This document shows, one piece after another, positions 29,843 to 40,765 of a stretch of 64,000 bases of DNA. The stretch is from Terriglobia bacterium (GTDB taxonomy: Bacteria > Acidobacteriota > UBA6911). Both the position numbers and the translations under genes were made by a program. The stretch lies in the NCBI GenBank assembly GCA_963739235.1, contig CAVTZY010000033.1, forward strand, positions 157,153-221,152, given 5' to 3'. How positions within the stretch are numbered: position 1 is the first letter of the stretch; every line of letters begins with the position of its first letter. A model generated the notes under the pieces. That model did no database searches. It was not told the origin of the DNA and worked only from the letters and a program-made list of their open reading frames with translations.

Positions 29843-30099
29843 AAACTGGGCGTCCCTCCGGGACGCCGGGATAGTAGCCGGGGGCGAGCCGCGCAGCGGC
29901 GCTGCCCCCGATTACGGCAAGCGCAGTGCAAGAGCCCCGGCAGGGGCGACGGGAGCATTTCACTTTCGGATACATTCCCTCGCCCCTCCAGGGCTCCTGA
30001 TCAGGTGTCACTAAACCCCGGGCTGCGCTTCGCTTGCCCCGGGCTACTTTCTCCAGCCCTTCCAGGGCTGGAATCGCTGGCATATCATCCGCCGCTTGA
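29843..30099. repeat. ~256-bp dispersed non-coding repeat, copy A
   Basis: It is colinear with 54691-54946. The shared blocks include a 36-nt identical stretch gtagccgggggcgagccgcgcagcggcgctgccccc, tccagggctcYtgatcag, gggctgcgcttcgcttgccc, ttccagggctg and catccgccgc. Confidence 0.8.
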
Positions 30100-30148
30100 A
30101 TTTTGCAGCAGTCTCGGTTGTCCATCGCTGAACCCTAAGGGCTCAGTG

Positions 30149-32950
30149 CTATTTTTTGAAGAGGGGGCGGAGGGCCTGGCCGGTGGCTGAGAGTTTGACT
30201 CTGGCGACTTCTTCGGGGGTGCCGAGGGCGACGATTCTGCCTCCCCGTTCGCCCCCCTCAGGGCCAAGGTCGATAATCCAGTCGGCAACCTTGATGACGT
30301 CGAGGTTGTGTTCGATGACGATTACGGTGTTGCCGAGTTCGACCAGACTGTTCAGAATATCCAGCAGCTTGTTCACATCGTGGAAATGCAACCCGGTGGT
30401 TGGCTCGTCTAGAATGTAGAGGGTTTTGCCGGTGGCGCGGCGGCTGAGCTCGCGCGCCAGTTTCACGCGCTGCGCTTCGCCACCGGAAAGCGTCGTGGCT
30501 GATTGACCGAGTTGAACATAGCCGAGACCCACGCGATTGAGAGTCTGCAGTTTCTGAGCAATCGGCGGAATGTTCTCCAGAAGCGGGGCGGCATCGCTGA
30601 TATTCATCTCCAGCAGATCGGCAATTGAATATCCCTTGTATTTGACGGCCAGCGTCTCGCGATTGTAACGCTTGCCCTGGCACGTTTCGCAAAGAACGTG
30701 CACGTCGGGCAGGAAACTCATCTCTATCCGGCGCAACCCTTCGCCCTGGCACGTTTCGCATCGCCCCCCCTCGACATTGAAGCTGAAGCGGCCGGGCCGG
30801 TATCCGCGCACCCGTGATTCAGGGAGCAAGGCGAACAAGTCGCGAATATGAGTGAACAAGCCGGTATACGTCGCAGGATTGGAGCGGGGGGTGCGCCCGA
30901 TCGGCGACTGGTCGATCTCGATCACCTTGTCGAGGTGCTCAATGCCCAGAATGTCATCATGCTGTCCGGCGTCGGCGAGCGCGTAGTGCAGTTTGCGGGA
31001 GAGCGCCTTATACAGGATGTCCCCCACCAGCGAGGACTTTCCAGACCCCGAGACGCCGGTCACGCAGATGAACAGCCCAAGGGGAAACTCAACCGTGAGA
31101 TTCTGCAGGTTGTTGTGCCGGGCGCCTTGGACAATGAGCCGTTTGCCATTCCCGGTCCGGCGCCGTCGAGGGTATTCAATGCGCAAAGCGCCGCACAGGT
31201 ACTGGCCGGTGAGCGACTCCGGGTGACGCTGCACCTGGTCCACCGTGCCCGCAACTACGATCCTGCCTCCGGCGTTTCCCGCACCGGGGCCCAAATCGAC
31301 AATATGGTCGGCACGTCGGATCGTCTCCTCATCGTGCTCCACCACGATGATCGTGTTGCCCATGTCCCGCAGCTCCTCCAGAGTGTCGAGGAGGCGGCCG
31401 TTATCACGCGCGTGTAAACCGATAGAGGGCTCATCCAAGACGTAGAGCACCCCTCTCAATCTCGACCCGATCTGCGTCGCCAGGCGGATTCGTTGTCCCT
31501 CGCCTCCGGAGAGTGTGGAGACAGGCCGATCCAGCGAAAGATAACTCACGCCGACATTCAGGAGGAATTCGAGCCGCTCTTTGATTTCTTTCAGTACCTG
31601 TTCCGCAATTATCTGCTCGCGTGCCGTCAACGTCAGCCGGCGGAATGCCTCGAGAGCTTTGCCCAACGGCAATCGGGCGAAATCATCGATCCCCAATCCA
31701 TCCAATTTGACGGCCCGGCTCTCCGGGCGCAACCTCGCACCGCCGCAGGAAGGGCAGGCTTGCGCCGAAAACAGCAAATCCACCTCCTCCTGGAGCCGGG
31801 TGTTTTCCTCCGCCTGCCGTAATTCATCCAACCATGCGCCGATGCCGCGAAATGTGCCCTGGTAGTGAAAATCGTCGTGACTGAAGGTCAGGGGTTCTTT
31901 GCTGCCCGCAAAGTAAATCGATTGGGCTTTGGCAGGCAGTTCCTCGAAGGGGGCGGCGCTGTCGACCTTGAAATTCCTGGCCACCATGAGGAGCGCCTCG
32001 CGCAAATAGCTCGTGGCCCTCTTGTTTTCAAGCGGAAATGCGATGGCCGACATGGGCACTGTCGGATCGACAATCACCTTGGCCGGATTCAGCACCATCT
32101 TGACGCCCATGCCGTCACACTGCGGGCAGGCACCATACTTGGAGTTGAAGGAGAACGAGCGCGGCTCCAGGGTGGGGATATTGACCCCGCAATCGATGCA
32201 GGCCTGGCGCTCTGAAAACAGCTTCTCTTCCAGATCAAGCGCGGACACCGTCACCAATCCCTCCGCCAGGTCCATGGCTGCCTTCACCGACATCTCGAGT
32301 CTGCGGCGGATGCCGGGCCTGATAAGAACCCTGTCAACGACTACTTCGACCGTATGTGCGCGCGTTTTGGAAAGCTGGATTTCCTCGTCCAGATCATATA
32401 TGCGCCCGTCCACCCTGACCCGGACATACCCCTTCTTGAGATACTTCTCGAAGAGCTTCTTGAATTCCCCCTTGCGTCCCCGCACCACCGGGGCCAGGAG
32501 AATGACCTTCGTATCCTGCGGGTAGGCCAGGATTGAATCGACGATCTGGTCGAGAGTCTGATGCGTGATCGGCCTGCCGCAGAGATGGCAATGCGGTTTG
32601 CCGATGGAGGCAAACAGCAGACGCATGTAATCACTAATCTCGGTCACGGTACCGACGGTAGAACGTGGACTGCGGCTCGTGGTCTTCTGTTCAATGCTGA
32701 TCGCCGGCGACAGGCCCTCCACGCTGTCCACATCCGGCTTTTCCAATTGCTCGAGGAACTGGCGAGCGAAGGCCGAGAGGGATTCGATGTACCGACGTTG
32801 TCCTTCGGCGTAAATCGTGTCGAAAGCGAGGCTGGATTTACCCGAACCCGAGAGTCCCGTAATGACCGACAGCTTGTGCCGCGGGATCTCAAGATCGATG
32901 TTTTTCAGATTATGCTGGCGCGCGCCGCGCACCACAATCTTCTCTATCAT
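30149..32950 (-). CDS. uvrA: Excinuclease ABC subunit A
   Basis: This is an intact 933-aa ORF. It has two ABC modules ([47 protein letters not shown]) and Zn-finger cysteines. Confidence 0.95.
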   Translation of the reverse strand: MIEKIVVRGARQHNLKNIDLEIPRHKLSVITGLSGSGKSSLAFDTIYAEGQRRYIESLSAFARQFLEQLEKPDVDSVEGLSPAISIEQKTTSRSPRSTVGTVTEISDYMRLLFASIGKPHCHLCGRPITHQTLDQIVDSILAYPQDTKVILLAPVVRGRKGEFKKLFEKYLKKGYVRVRVDGRIYDLDEEIQLSKTRAHTVEVVVDRVLIRPGIRRRLEMSVKAAMDLAEGLVTVSALDLEEKLFSERQACIDCGVNIPTLEPRSFSFNSKYGACPQCDGMGVKMVLNPAKVIVDPTVPMSAIAFPLENKRATSYLREALLMVARNFKVDSAAPFEELPAKAQSIYFAGSKEPLTFSHDDFHYQGTFRGIGAWLDELRQAEENTRLQEEVDLLFSAQACPSCGGARLRPESRAVKLDGLGIDDFARLPLGKALEAFRRLTLTAREQIIAEQVLKEIKERLEFLLNVGVSYLSLDRPVSTLSGGEGQRIRLATQIGSRLRGVLYVLDEPSIGLHARDNGRLLDTLEELRDMGNTIIVVEHDEETIRRADHIVDLGPGAGNAGGRIVVAGTVDQVQRHPESLTGQYLCGALRIEYPRRRRTGNGKRLIVQGARHNNLQNLTVEFPLGLFICVTGVSGSGKSSLVGDILYKALSRKLHYALADAGQHDDILGIEHLDKVIEIDQSPIGRTPRSNPATYTGLFTHIRDLFALLPESRVRGYRPGRFSFNVEGGRCETCQGEGLRRIEMSFLPDVHVLCETCQGKRYNRETLAVKYKGYSIADLLEMNISDAAPLLENIPPIAQKLQTLNRVGLGYVQLGQSATTLSGGEAQRVKLARELSRRATGKTLYILDEPTTGLHFHDVNKLLDILNSLVELGNTVIVIEHNLDVIKVADWIIDLGPEGGERGGRIVALGTPEEVARVKLSATGQALRPLFKK

Positions 32951-33084
32951 TGGCCAACCAAACTTTCAATTGTACGTTCGGATCCCGAAACGGTCAATGG
33001 CAGCCGATTCGTACCTGCGATTCAGACAGCGAAACAAACCTAGCCACGAATGGCACGCATGGAGAAAGGAGCCACCATAGGAGT

Positions 33085-33259
33085 GCGATTTTGCCTCCGC
33101 CACATGGGCGGCCTCCGGCCAGCAGTCTGGGGCCAATCTCCCGGGAAAGCGCTTCCGGGGCCGGATATAGATGGGCAGCCCGAGGGCGCTTTCCCGGGAG
33201 ATTGGCCCCAGACTGTTGCAGCGCGAAGCGTTGCGCCCATGTGGCGGAGGCAAAATCGC
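33085..33259. repeat. 175-nt double-stem palindromic element in the uvrA/maeB divergent region
   Basis: The outer stem is 26 bp perfect (33085-33110 / 33234-33259). The inner stem is 30 bp perfect (33123-33152 / 33186-33215). The internal loops are 12 and 18 nt, and the apical region is 33 nt. Confidence 0.85.
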
Positions 33260-33466
33260 GGATTATCGGCCCGCTCCTCGGTGAGGTCTCCTTGGGGCGG
33301 CGCTCAACCGCCATTGCTTTGGGAACATCGGATCTTGTATCCTGTTAGAAAGCTCGGCCATTTGGAGATTCGCTGGAGTTGTACAGTTTTTCATCAGTGG
33401 CAGGCTCGCACGAGCCCTGACGGAGATGGGCACGGGCATTAATCCTATGCATCCGAGGAAAACCCT

Positions 33467-35737
33467 ATGATTCGTAAACAAGACGCCCTGGATTACCATT
33501 CAGAAGGAAGACGCGGCAAGATCGAAGTGGTCGCGAGCAAGCCCTGTCAGACGCAGCGCGACCTTTCGCTCGCCTATACGCCCGGCGTCGCCGAGCCGTG
33601 CCTGGCGATCGAAGCCAATCCTGAAGATGTTTATCGCTACACCGCCAAAGGGAATCTGGTTGCGGTGGTCAGCAACGGCACCGCCGTGCTTGGCCTCGGC
33701 AATATCGGCCCATTGGCCGGCAAGCCGGTCATGGAAGGTAAGGGCGTGCTGTTCAAGCGCTTTGCCGATGTCGATGTTTTCGACATCGAACTGAACTCCC
33801 AGGATTCCGATGACATCATCAAAGCCGTCATGATGCTGGAGCCGACATTCGGGGGCATCAACCTGGAAGATATCAAGGCTCCGGAGTGTTTCTACATCGA
33901 AGAAACGCTCAAAGCCCGGATGAACATCCCGGTCTTTCACGATGACCAGCACGGAACGGCCATTATCAGCGGTGCCGCGCTGCTCAATGCCCTCGAACTT
34001 GTGCACAAAAAAATCGCCGACATCCGCGTGGTTTTTTCAGGCGCAGGCGCTGCGGGTATCGCCTGTGCCAAGCTCTACGAACGCCTGGGTGTAAGAAGAG
34101 AGAATATTACCCTCGTGGATACCAAAGGCGTGGTCTACAAGGGACGCACCGAGGGGATGTCCCCCTACAAGGAGTATTTTGCCGTCGCCACCAAGGCGCG
34201 CACCCTGGCAGACGCTTTGAGAGGGGCCGACGTGTTCTGCGGCGTTTCCGCCAAGGGGATTGTGACCCAGGATATGGTGCGTTCCATGGCGGACAATCCG
34301 ATCGTTTTTGCCATGGCCAATCCCGATCCGGAGATCACGTACAATGAAGCAATCGCCGCCCGGCCGGACGTCATTATGGCGACCGGTCGCTCGGACTTCC
34401 CCAATCAGGTCAACAACGTCCTGGGCTTTCCATTCATCTTCCGTGGCGCCCTCGATGTGCGCGCCAAGGCGATCAACGACGAGATGAAAACTGCCGCCTG
34501 CATGGCATTGGCAAATCTTGCCAAGCAGGATGTGCCGGATTCGGTGATACGTGCCTACGGCGGCAAGAAGCTGGGCTTCGGGCGCGAGTACATCATCCCC
34601 AAGCCGTTTGATCCGCGCGTCCTGCTCTGGGAAGCGCCGGCAGTAGCCAAAGCGGCGGTCGATTCAGGTGTTGCGCGCCAGCCTATTACGGATTTCGAGG
34701 CTTACAAGGATGCCCTCGAAGCCCGGCTGGGAAAATCGCGTGAAGTGATGCGCGTTTTCATTCACAAGGCGCAATTGGAACCGCAGCGCATCGTTTTCCC
34801 GGAAGGGGAAGAAGAGAAGATCCTGCGCGCCGCCCAGATCATCATCGACGACAGGATCGCCAAGCCCATTCTGCTCGGCAACGCTGCCGCCATCCAACAT
34901 CATATTTCAGAGCTGGGGCTCGACCTGAAGGGGGCGGAGTTGATTGATCCCTCAACGTCGCCCAAGCTCAAGGAGCATGTCGCCGCTTTCTACCGCGAGC
35001 GCCAGCGCAAAGGGGTGACTCCGGCCTACGCCGAGCGGCGCGTGAAGAATCATAACGTCTTCGGCATGATGATGGTCCAACGCGGGGAGGCGGACGGATT
35101 GGTTTCCGGGCTCACCCAGCATTATCCGGACACCCTGCGCCCCGCACTTCAGATCATCGGCAAGAAGGAAGGGGTGCGCAGAGTCGCAGGTTTGTACATG
35201 ATGATCTTCAAGCATCGCACCGTCTTCATCGGCGACGCGACCGTCAACATCGACCCCACGGCGGAGGACCTGGCGGAAATCGCTCTCCTGACCGCAGACA
35301 GAGTCCGGCAGTTCGACATCGAGCCTCGGATCGCTATGTTGTCGTTCAGCAATTTCGGCGGCACCAAACACCCGCTGGCAGAAAAGGTGATTCGCGCAGT
35401 GGAACTGGTCAAGAAGGCTGCGCCCGAATTAATGATTGACGGCGAAATGCAGGCTGATACAGCCGTGTCCCCGGAGATCATTAACGAGGTTTATCCTTTC
35501 AGCACCCTCAAGCAGCCGGCAAACGTCTTGATCTGCCCGGATCTGACTTCGGCGAATATCGCCTACAAACTGCTGGCGCATCTGGGGGGCGCCACCGCGA
35601 TCGGACCCATGCTCATGGGCATCCGTAAGCCGGTGTATCTGCTGATCCCGGGCAACGATGTCAGCGACATCGTGAATACGACTGCGCTTGCTGTGTGCGA
35701 CGCGCAAGCCACGGGCCGGAAGTTCGCAGCCACATAA
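33467..35737 (+). CDS. maeB: NADP-dependent malic enzyme with C-terminal phosphotransacetylase-like domain
   Basis: This is an intact 756-aa ORF. Matching blocks are [49 protein letters not shown] and [12 protein letters not shown]-like C-terminal half follows. Confidence 0.92.
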   Translation: MIRKQDALDYHSEGRRGKIEVVASKPCQTQRDLSLAYTPGVAEPCLAIEANPEDVYRYTAKGNLVAVVSNGTAVLGLGNIGPLAGKPVMEGKGVLFKRFADVDVFDIELNSQDSDDIIKAVMMLEPTFGGINLEDIKAPECFYIEETLKARMNIPVFHDDQHGTAIISGAALLNALELVHKKIADIRVVFSGAGAAGIACAKLYERLGVRRENITLVDTKGVVYKGRTEGMSPYKEYFAVATKARTLADALRGADVFCGVSAKGIVTQDMVRSMADNPIVFAMANPDPEITYNEAIAARPDVIMATGRSDFPNQVNNVLGFPFIFRGALDVRAKAINDEMKTAACMALANLAKQDVPDSVIRAYGGKKLGFGREYIIPKPFDPRVLLWEAPAVAKAAVDSGVARQPITDFEAYKDALEARLGKSREVMRVFIHKAQLEPQRIVFPEGEEEKILRAAQIIIDDRIAKPILLGNAAAIQHHISELGLDLKGAELIDPSTSPKLKEHVAAFYRERQRKGVTPAYAERRVKNHNVFGMMMVQRGEADGLVSGLTQHYPDTLRPALQIIGKKEGVRRVAGLYMMIFKHRTVFIGDATVNIDPTAEDLAEIALLTADRVRQFDIEPRIAMLSFSNFGGTKHPLAEKVIRAVELVKKAAPELMIDGEMQADTAVSPEIINEVYPFSTLKQPANVLICPDLTSANIAYKLLAHLGGATAIGPMLMGIRKPVYLLIPGNDVSDIVNTTALAVCDAQATGRKFAAT

Positions 35738-35752
35738 TGCCCAGGCCGGCTC

Positions 35753-36664
35753 TCAGCTTTTGACGAATGTGCCGTTGCGGAAATCTTCGAAAGCGGTGCG
35801 CAGTTCCTGCTGGGTGTTCATGACAATCGGACCGTACCATGCCACAGGCTCTTTCAACGGCCTGCCGGAAACCAGCAGGAAACGCACCGGATCTTCCCCG
35901 GTGGAAACGGTGACCTGATCGCCGTCATCCAAAACCACGAGATCGCCGTTTTCGAGAGACGGCTTTCTGTCCATGTTGAAATAGCTGGTTTCATCGATTT
36001 TGTAGTTGAAGGGATTTTTTTCGCCGCAGAAACAGCCACATCCTTCGAAAACATAAGCGAAGACGGTGTGTCCCCGCCGGGTCGGATGCGTGAATTCCGA
36101 ACGCGCCGGAACTGTCACATCAAGGTATTCCGGCTCGGTCACAATGTCGCGCACCGGCCCCGCTACTCCGCCTACCTCGCCACAGATCACGCGGATCGCC
36201 GCGCCAGTCGCGAGGGTGATGGTGGGGATTTGCCCGCTTTTTATCTCGCGATATCGGGGCCTCATCATCTTTTGGGACGCGGCGAGGTTGGCCCAAAGCT
36301 GAAACCCTCCCATGCGGCCCTGCGCATCCCCCCGTGGCATTTCCTGGTGGATTATGCCGCTGCCGGCGGTCATCCACTGTACATCCCCGGCGCTGATCAC
36401 GCCCTTGTTTCCCATACTGTCGCCGTGCTCGACTTCGCCGGACAGCATGTACGTGATGGTTTCAATGCCTCGATGGGGATGCCAGGGGAAGCCGCTGATG
36501 TAGTGCTGTGGATCCTCGGACCGGAAGTCATCCATCATGAGAAACGGATCGAACTCGGGTACTTCACTGAATCCAAAGGCGCGTCGCAGGTGAACGCCCG
36601 CCCCTTCGATTGTGGGCTTACTCTTGATCACCTTCCGGATCTTTCTGGTCTCTGCCATATCCAC
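35753..36664 (-). CDS. Pirin family protein (bicupin)
   Basis: Matching blocks are GFPWHPHRGIETITYMLSGEVEHGDSMGN and VQWMTAGSGIIHQEMP, followed by a C-terminal cupin. Confidence 0.9.
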   Translation of the reverse strand: MDMAETRKIRKVIKSKPTIEGAGVHLRRAFGFSEVPEFDPFLMMDDFRSEDPQHYISGFPWHPHRGIETITYMLSGEVEHGDSMGNKGVISAGDVQWMTAGSGIIHQEMPRGDAQGRMGGFQLWANLAASQKMMRPRYREIKSGQIPTITLATGAAIRVICGEVGGVAGPVRDIVTEPEYLDVTVPARSEFTHPTRRGHTVFAYVFEGCGCFCGEKNPFNYKIDETSYFNMDRKPSLENGDLVVLDDGDQVTVSTGEDPVRFLLVSGRPLKEPVAWYGPIVMNTQQELRTAFEDFRNGTFVKS

Positions 36665-36783
36665 CTCGCCTTTTCATCATATCACTCGGGGCGAGCTCAG
36701 TACCCTGCGGCTTTTTCCGACCGCGAGCACAGATCTCACTTTGCTTTTGACATGGAATTATACACTATGTATAAATACGGGGC

Positions 36784-37254
36784 GTGGCCGAGGAGAATTA
36801 TCGCCGCGCTTTGCAGGAAGCCATTCAGGAATACGAACTCCTGTCTGCGCAGCGTGCCGAGTTCGACGAACGCATCGCCCAGCTTGTGCGGACGATCGCC
36901 AGCCTGTCGCGCTTGTGCCATCTGACGCCGACTGTGACCCTGGGGCTCACGGATGCCTGCCGCATGGCGCTCAAGGCAGCGGGCCACCCGCTGACCGCCA
37001 CCGAAATGCGCGGGCAACTCGAAGCCATGGGTTTCGATACCTCCAAATATTCGAATCCATTGGCTTCGATTCATGTCGTGTTGAAGAGGTTATGCCGTGC
37101 CGGCGAGGTGAAGTTCGCGCCTCGGCCCTATGAAAAACCAGCCTATGCCTGGAGACCGCCGATCAAGGTTGTAGCGATCTCAAAATCCGCGAACCTGTCC
37201 AAACTTGATTTCTGGCTGGCGCCGTCAGCAAGCCGGCCGCCTAAGGGAGATTGA
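36784..37254 (+). CDS. Hypothetical protein: N-terminal coiled coil plus winged-helix-like domain
   Basis: This is a 156-aa ORF with a GTG start. The segment GLTDACRMALKAAGHPLTATEMRGQLEAMGFDTSKYSNPLASIHVVLKRLCRAGEV has a wHTH-like pattern. It ends 22 nt before the methyltransferase gene. Confidence 0.55.
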   Translation: MAEENYRRALQEAIQEYELLSAQRAEFDERIAQLVRTIASLSRLCHLTPTVTLGLTDACRMALKAAGHPLTATEMRGQLEAMGFDTSKYSNPLASIHVVLKRLCRAGEVKFAPRPYEKPAYAWRPPIKVVAISKSANLSKLDFWLAPSASRPPKGD

Positions 37255-37276
37255 ATTCGAGCTAGAGGGATCATTC

Positions 37277-38143
37277 ATGATGGAAGAGATTGAAACCGAA
37301 CGTGCTCGCCATTACTTTGCAGAGGAGATCTGTGCCTATTGCGGGCTGCAATCCGCAGCACTCGTGGAAGCCCTGGCTTCGGTCCCGCGAGAGAAGTTTT
37401 TGAATCCCGGCCCATGGCTGATTCGGGGATTTGATGCCGATATGGGGGCGCTGGGACGGCTGACCCCGAGCACGGATCCGCGCCACGTATATCATAATGT
37501 CTGCATCGCGATCGACCCTGCACGCCATTTGTTTAACGGGCAGCCGGGCACCGTCTGCCTGTGGCTCGATGCACTCCAGATCAAGGCCGGGGAGCGGGCG
37601 TTCCATCTCGGATGCGCCACGGGCTACTACACGGCATTGATGGCAAAAATGGTCGGACCGGACGGACGTGTGGTTGCCATGGAAGTGGACGCGGAATTGG
37701 CAGCCCGGGCAAAAGAAAATCTCGCCGAATTCACCTGGGTGGAAGTCAAGGAAGAAAACGGAAGCGGTGATTTGCCGGCGGGTTTGGACGCGATCCTCAT
37801 CAACGCCGGTGCCACCCATCCTCTTGCCGCTTGGCTCGATGCTCTGCGTCCGGGCGGGCGTATGATCCTGCCTCTGACTTTTACCGTCGATGGCATGCCT
37901 CCGAACATCGGCAAAGGCGGCGTCCTGCTGGTAACGCGCAACGCGGACGACTATGCCGCGCGCTTCATTTCCCCGGTCGCCATTTACTCCTGCGCCGGCG
38001 TGCGCGATCCCGGCCTAAACGAATCGATAAAAGCCGCTTTTATGAAAGGGGTATGGTATACCGTGCGTCGATTACGGCGCGACATCCACGACATCACTTC
38101 GACATGCTGGCTGCACGGCAACGATTTCTGCCTTTCGCTATGA
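37277..38143 (+). CDS. Protein-L-isoaspartate O-methyltransferase (PIMT)-like methyltransferase, long form
   Basis: The PIMT-like N-terminus reads VEALASVPREKFL. SAM motif I is ERAFHLGCATGYYTALMAKMVG with VAMEVD, and the post-I/II region is DAILINAGATH. At 288 aa it is longer than a canonical Pcm. Confidence 0.7.
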   Translation: MMEEIETERARHYFAEEICAYCGLQSAALVEALASVPREKFLNPGPWLIRGFDADMGALGRLTPSTDPRHVYHNVCIAIDPARHLFNGQPGTVCLWLDALQIKAGERAFHLGCATGYYTALMAKMVGPDGRVVAMEVDAELAARAKENLAEFTWVEVKEENGSGDLPAGLDAILINAGATHPLAAWLDALRPGGRMILPLTFTVDGMPPNIGKGGVLLVTRNADDYAARFISPVAIYSCAGVRDPGLNESIKAAFMKGVWYTVRRLRRDIHDITSTCWLHGNDFCLSL

Positions 38144-38221
38144 TGAGTATGCTAGCTTGACATACGGGCAGCCTTGGCCTAAAAAGGAGTCTCCTGCGAT
38201 TTCAGAGGTAAGGAGCGCACC

Positions 38222-38695
38222 ATGATCTGGAAAAAGTCCGAAGCTGAAGAGGCGTCGACCCCAGCCCAGTCTCAGCCCCAACCCCCGTCAGCACCATCGA
38301 CACGAAACCAGCCGCAGTCCACGAAAGAGCGCGCCCTGATTGGCTCTTCGATTGAGATCAAAGGTAACCTGAGCGGCGCGGAGGATCTGCATATCGAAGG
38401 GCGGGTCGACGGCAAGATTGAGCTGCTGCAGTGCGGTGTCACCGTCGGTAAGAGCGGGCGCGTTAACGCCGATATTACCAGCCGCACGATTGTGGTCATG
38501 GGCGAGGTTAACGGCGACATGTACGGGGAGGAGCAAATCATCTTGCGCCAGTCAAGCACGGTGAACGGAAACCTTTTCGCGCCGCGTGTCACTCTGGAAG
38601 ATGGCGCCAAATTCAAGGGCAGCATCGACATGACTTCCAAGGCCGCCGATTCAAGTCCGCTGCCGGCCTCGGGGTCCGAATTGAGATCCGCGTAG
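38222..38695 (+). CDS. Bactofilin (polymer-forming cytoskeletal protein)
   Basis: The beta-helical repeat pattern is IGSSIEIKGNLSGAEDLHIEGRVDGKIEL....VGKSGRVNADITSRTIVVMGEVNGDM..EEQIILRQSSTVNGNLFAPRVTLEDGAKFKGSIDM. Both termini are disordered. Confidence 0.85.
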   Translation: MIWKKSEAEEASTPAQSQPQPPSAPSTRNQPQSTKERALIGSSIEIKGNLSGAEDLHIEGRVDGKIELLQCGVTVGKSGRVNADITSRTIVVMGEVNGDMYGEEQIILRQSSTVNGNLFAPRVTLEDGAKFKGSIDMTSKAADSSPLPASGSELRSA

Positions 38696-38838
38696 CAACG
38701 AATCACGGTACGGAAAACGCCACGGAGAATGGCGGACACCCTGCAGCCCGAAAAGACCGTTGCACTCGGTTTTTGACGGAGCGCATTTAAGCCGGCTCGG
38801 CATCAAAATGACCTGGATGGCGCCCCAGAATTCCCTCC

Positions 38839-39411
38839 TTGAATCCACTGAGTATAAATCCCTCGGGCTCAACACCCTGCTGGAACGTCCTGCAAGAAGG
38901 TGGCAAGTATTCCATCCTCGATCTGGGGCAGGCGCTCGGCGTCAATGTGGATTTCTGGTCCCAGTTTCCGTGCCGGATTTATATCGAGGACTTCTATCGA
39001 TGTTACCGGGCAGCGGCGGCGTCCAGCCCTGAGCATTCTAGAGCCGCCCGGCTGTCGGAGCTTCTGACGTTCAGCCCCGGAACCAGTTTCGATATCATCC
39101 TGGCATGGGATCTGCTGAATTACCTGGATCTGGAGGACATCGATGCCTTGATCCGGCATTTAAGCCCAGGGTGCCGGCCGGGAACATTCCTCTTTGCTTT
39201 GATCTCGTCCCACTCTGAAATCCCCGAGGAGCCCAACCTCTTCAAGATCATCGACAGGGAACGGATGATCTACCAAACGCGCACGCACGGGTTGCGCCCT
39301 TCCCCGCGCTATCATCCGAAAGAGCTCGCCCGGATTTTGGCACCGTTCGAAGTTTCCAGTTCTTTCCTGCTGCGCAACGGTATCCAGGAATACGTTTTTG
39401 TCTACAAATAA
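38839..39411 (+). CDS. Class I SAM-methyltransferase-like protein (degenerate motif I); start uncertain
   Basis: Matching blocks are GGKYSILDLGQALG and SFDIILAWDLLNYLDLEDIDALIRHLSPGCRPGTFLF. An ATG-initiated ORF in the -1 register (38760..) could be the true N-terminus if one more inserted base lies near 38870. Confidence 0.6.
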   Translation: MNPLSINPSGSTPCWNVLQEGGKYSILDLGQALGVNVDFWSQFPCRIYIEDFYRCYRAAAASSPEHSRAARLSELLTFSPGTSFDIILAWDLLNYLDLEDIDALIRHLSPGCRPGTFLFALISSHSEIPEEPNLFKIIDRERMIYQTRTHGLRPSPRYHPKELARILAPFEVSSSFLLRNGIQEYVFVYK

Positions 39412-39490
39412 AGGGAGCGGTTTCGTACGCACGAAATGCGCGAAATTACCTGTTTCGTGCATTTCGTGGGTTTAGTGGCGCACCTCGAGG

Positions 39491-40765
39491 TCAATGCACC
39501 GAGCAGGAGATGCAGGGATCGTAGGAGCGCACCAGCATCGAGCACAGCAGCGTGAGCTGCTCGTCGGTCATGCCGTCGGTCGCAAACTGCCTGGCGAGGA
39601 CCGGCATGTCGAGATGGATATTGGCATTATTCTGGGTCGTGGGAATAATGCAGTTGGCACGCACGACGTAGCCGTTCTTGTCGTAGACGTAGTGGTGGTA
39701 GAGAATGCCGCGCGGCACCTCGACCGCACCCACGCCCTCGCCGGCTCTCGGCGCTACTTCGGCCATCGTCTGCGCCGGCCCCGTCTGGATCAGTTCATCG
39801 ATCAGCCGCATGGCTTCGTGGGTCACGTGGACGCACTCCACGAGCCGCGCGACGTTGTTCATGAACGGATTGTGGCAAACGGGAGCGAGTCCGAAACCGG
39901 CCGCTGCTTTTACCGCCTCCGGATGCAAGAGCCTGTAATTGTTGTTGAAGCGGGCCAATGCGCCCACGGCGAAGGAAGGCCGGGACAGCTTGCACCACTT
40001 GGAGGTATTGTTTTTGTCCACGTACTCGTTGGTCATTTCACGGTAGTCGCGCTCGGCATGTTCGACGCCATCGGTGGAGATCAGGCGGCCGCCGATCCAT
40101 GGATATTCATTCTCGCCTTTGAGCGCCACGAACTCGGTTTCGCGCACGAAGGCGGGAATCTTGAAAGTGGTGAGCAGCGCGGCGGTCGCCTGGATATCCT
40201 CGAACGAGCGCTCGAGCTCATCGCGCATCGCGAGCAACTTCTCGCGTGGGGGCATCGCAGCAACGCCGCCTACTTGCAGTGACACCGGATGGGTTGTGCG
40301 TCCGGCCACCAAATCGCAAATACGGTTGCCCAGCCCTTTGAGCCGGCGCGCAATGTGCACAACCTCGGGTTTGATTTCGAGCAGCGGCAACGCGCTTGGC
40401 AGCCCGACAAAGTCGGGAGCGGCCAGGAAAAACAAGTGCAGCCAGTGACTCTGCAGGGTCTCCCCGTGCTTCGCCAGCAGCCGCAACTTCCGGGCGGCTT
40501 CAGGGATCGTCACTCCCAGGGCTCCTTCGGTAGCGCGCAGGCTGGCCAGGCAATGTCCGATCGAGCAGATACCGCAAATCCGGGCCGTCAGGATGCCGGC
40601 AGTGGTGTAGTGCTTTCCCTTGAGCATCACTTCGAAAAAGCGGGGGGTTTCGACTACATCCCAGCGGGCTTCCTTCACCTCGCCGTCCTTAACCACAACG
40701 CGAATGTTGCCGTGCCCTTCGACACGGGTCAGATGATGAACGTCCACATCAAGGTCGATTTTCAT
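39491..40765 (-). CDS. hyhL: [NiFe]-hydrogenase large (alpha) subunit, group 3b-type
   Basis: The N-terminal Ni-binding motif is RICGICSIGH. The C-terminal motif is DPCISCSVH, followed directly by the stop codon. The product is 424 aa, and the ATGA overlap with the small-subunit gene is present. Confidence 0.9.
   Translation of the reverse strand: MKIDLDVDVHHLTRVEGHGNIRVVVKDGEVKEARWDVVETPRFFEVMLKGKHYTTAGILTARICGICSIGHCLASLRATEGALGVTIPEAARKLRLLAKHGETLQSHWLHLFFLAAPDFVGLPSALPLLEIKPEVVHIARRLKGLGNRICDLVAGRTTHPVSLQVGGVAAMPPREKLLAMRDELERSFEDIQATAALLTTFKIPAFVRETEFVALKGENEYPWIGGRLISTDGVEHAERDYREMTNEYVDKNNTSKWCKLSRPSFAVGALARFNNNYRLLHPEAVKAAAGFGLAPVCHNPFMNNVARLVECVHVTHEAMRLIDELIQTGPAQTMAEVAPRAGEGVGAVEVPRGILYHHYVYDKNGYVVRANCIIPTTQNNANIHLDMPVLARQFATDGMTDEQLTLLCSMLVRSYDPCISCSVH

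Noticed and set aside
32975-32992. The imperfect palindrome cgttcgg-atc-ccgaaacg 25-42 nt upstream of uvrA considered as a LexA/SOS box.
   Set aside because: It matches no LexA motif I can name with confidence. The uvrB upstream region (GAAC-N9-GAAC at about 19490-19506) does not share it. Without a genome-wide motif search the call is unsupported.
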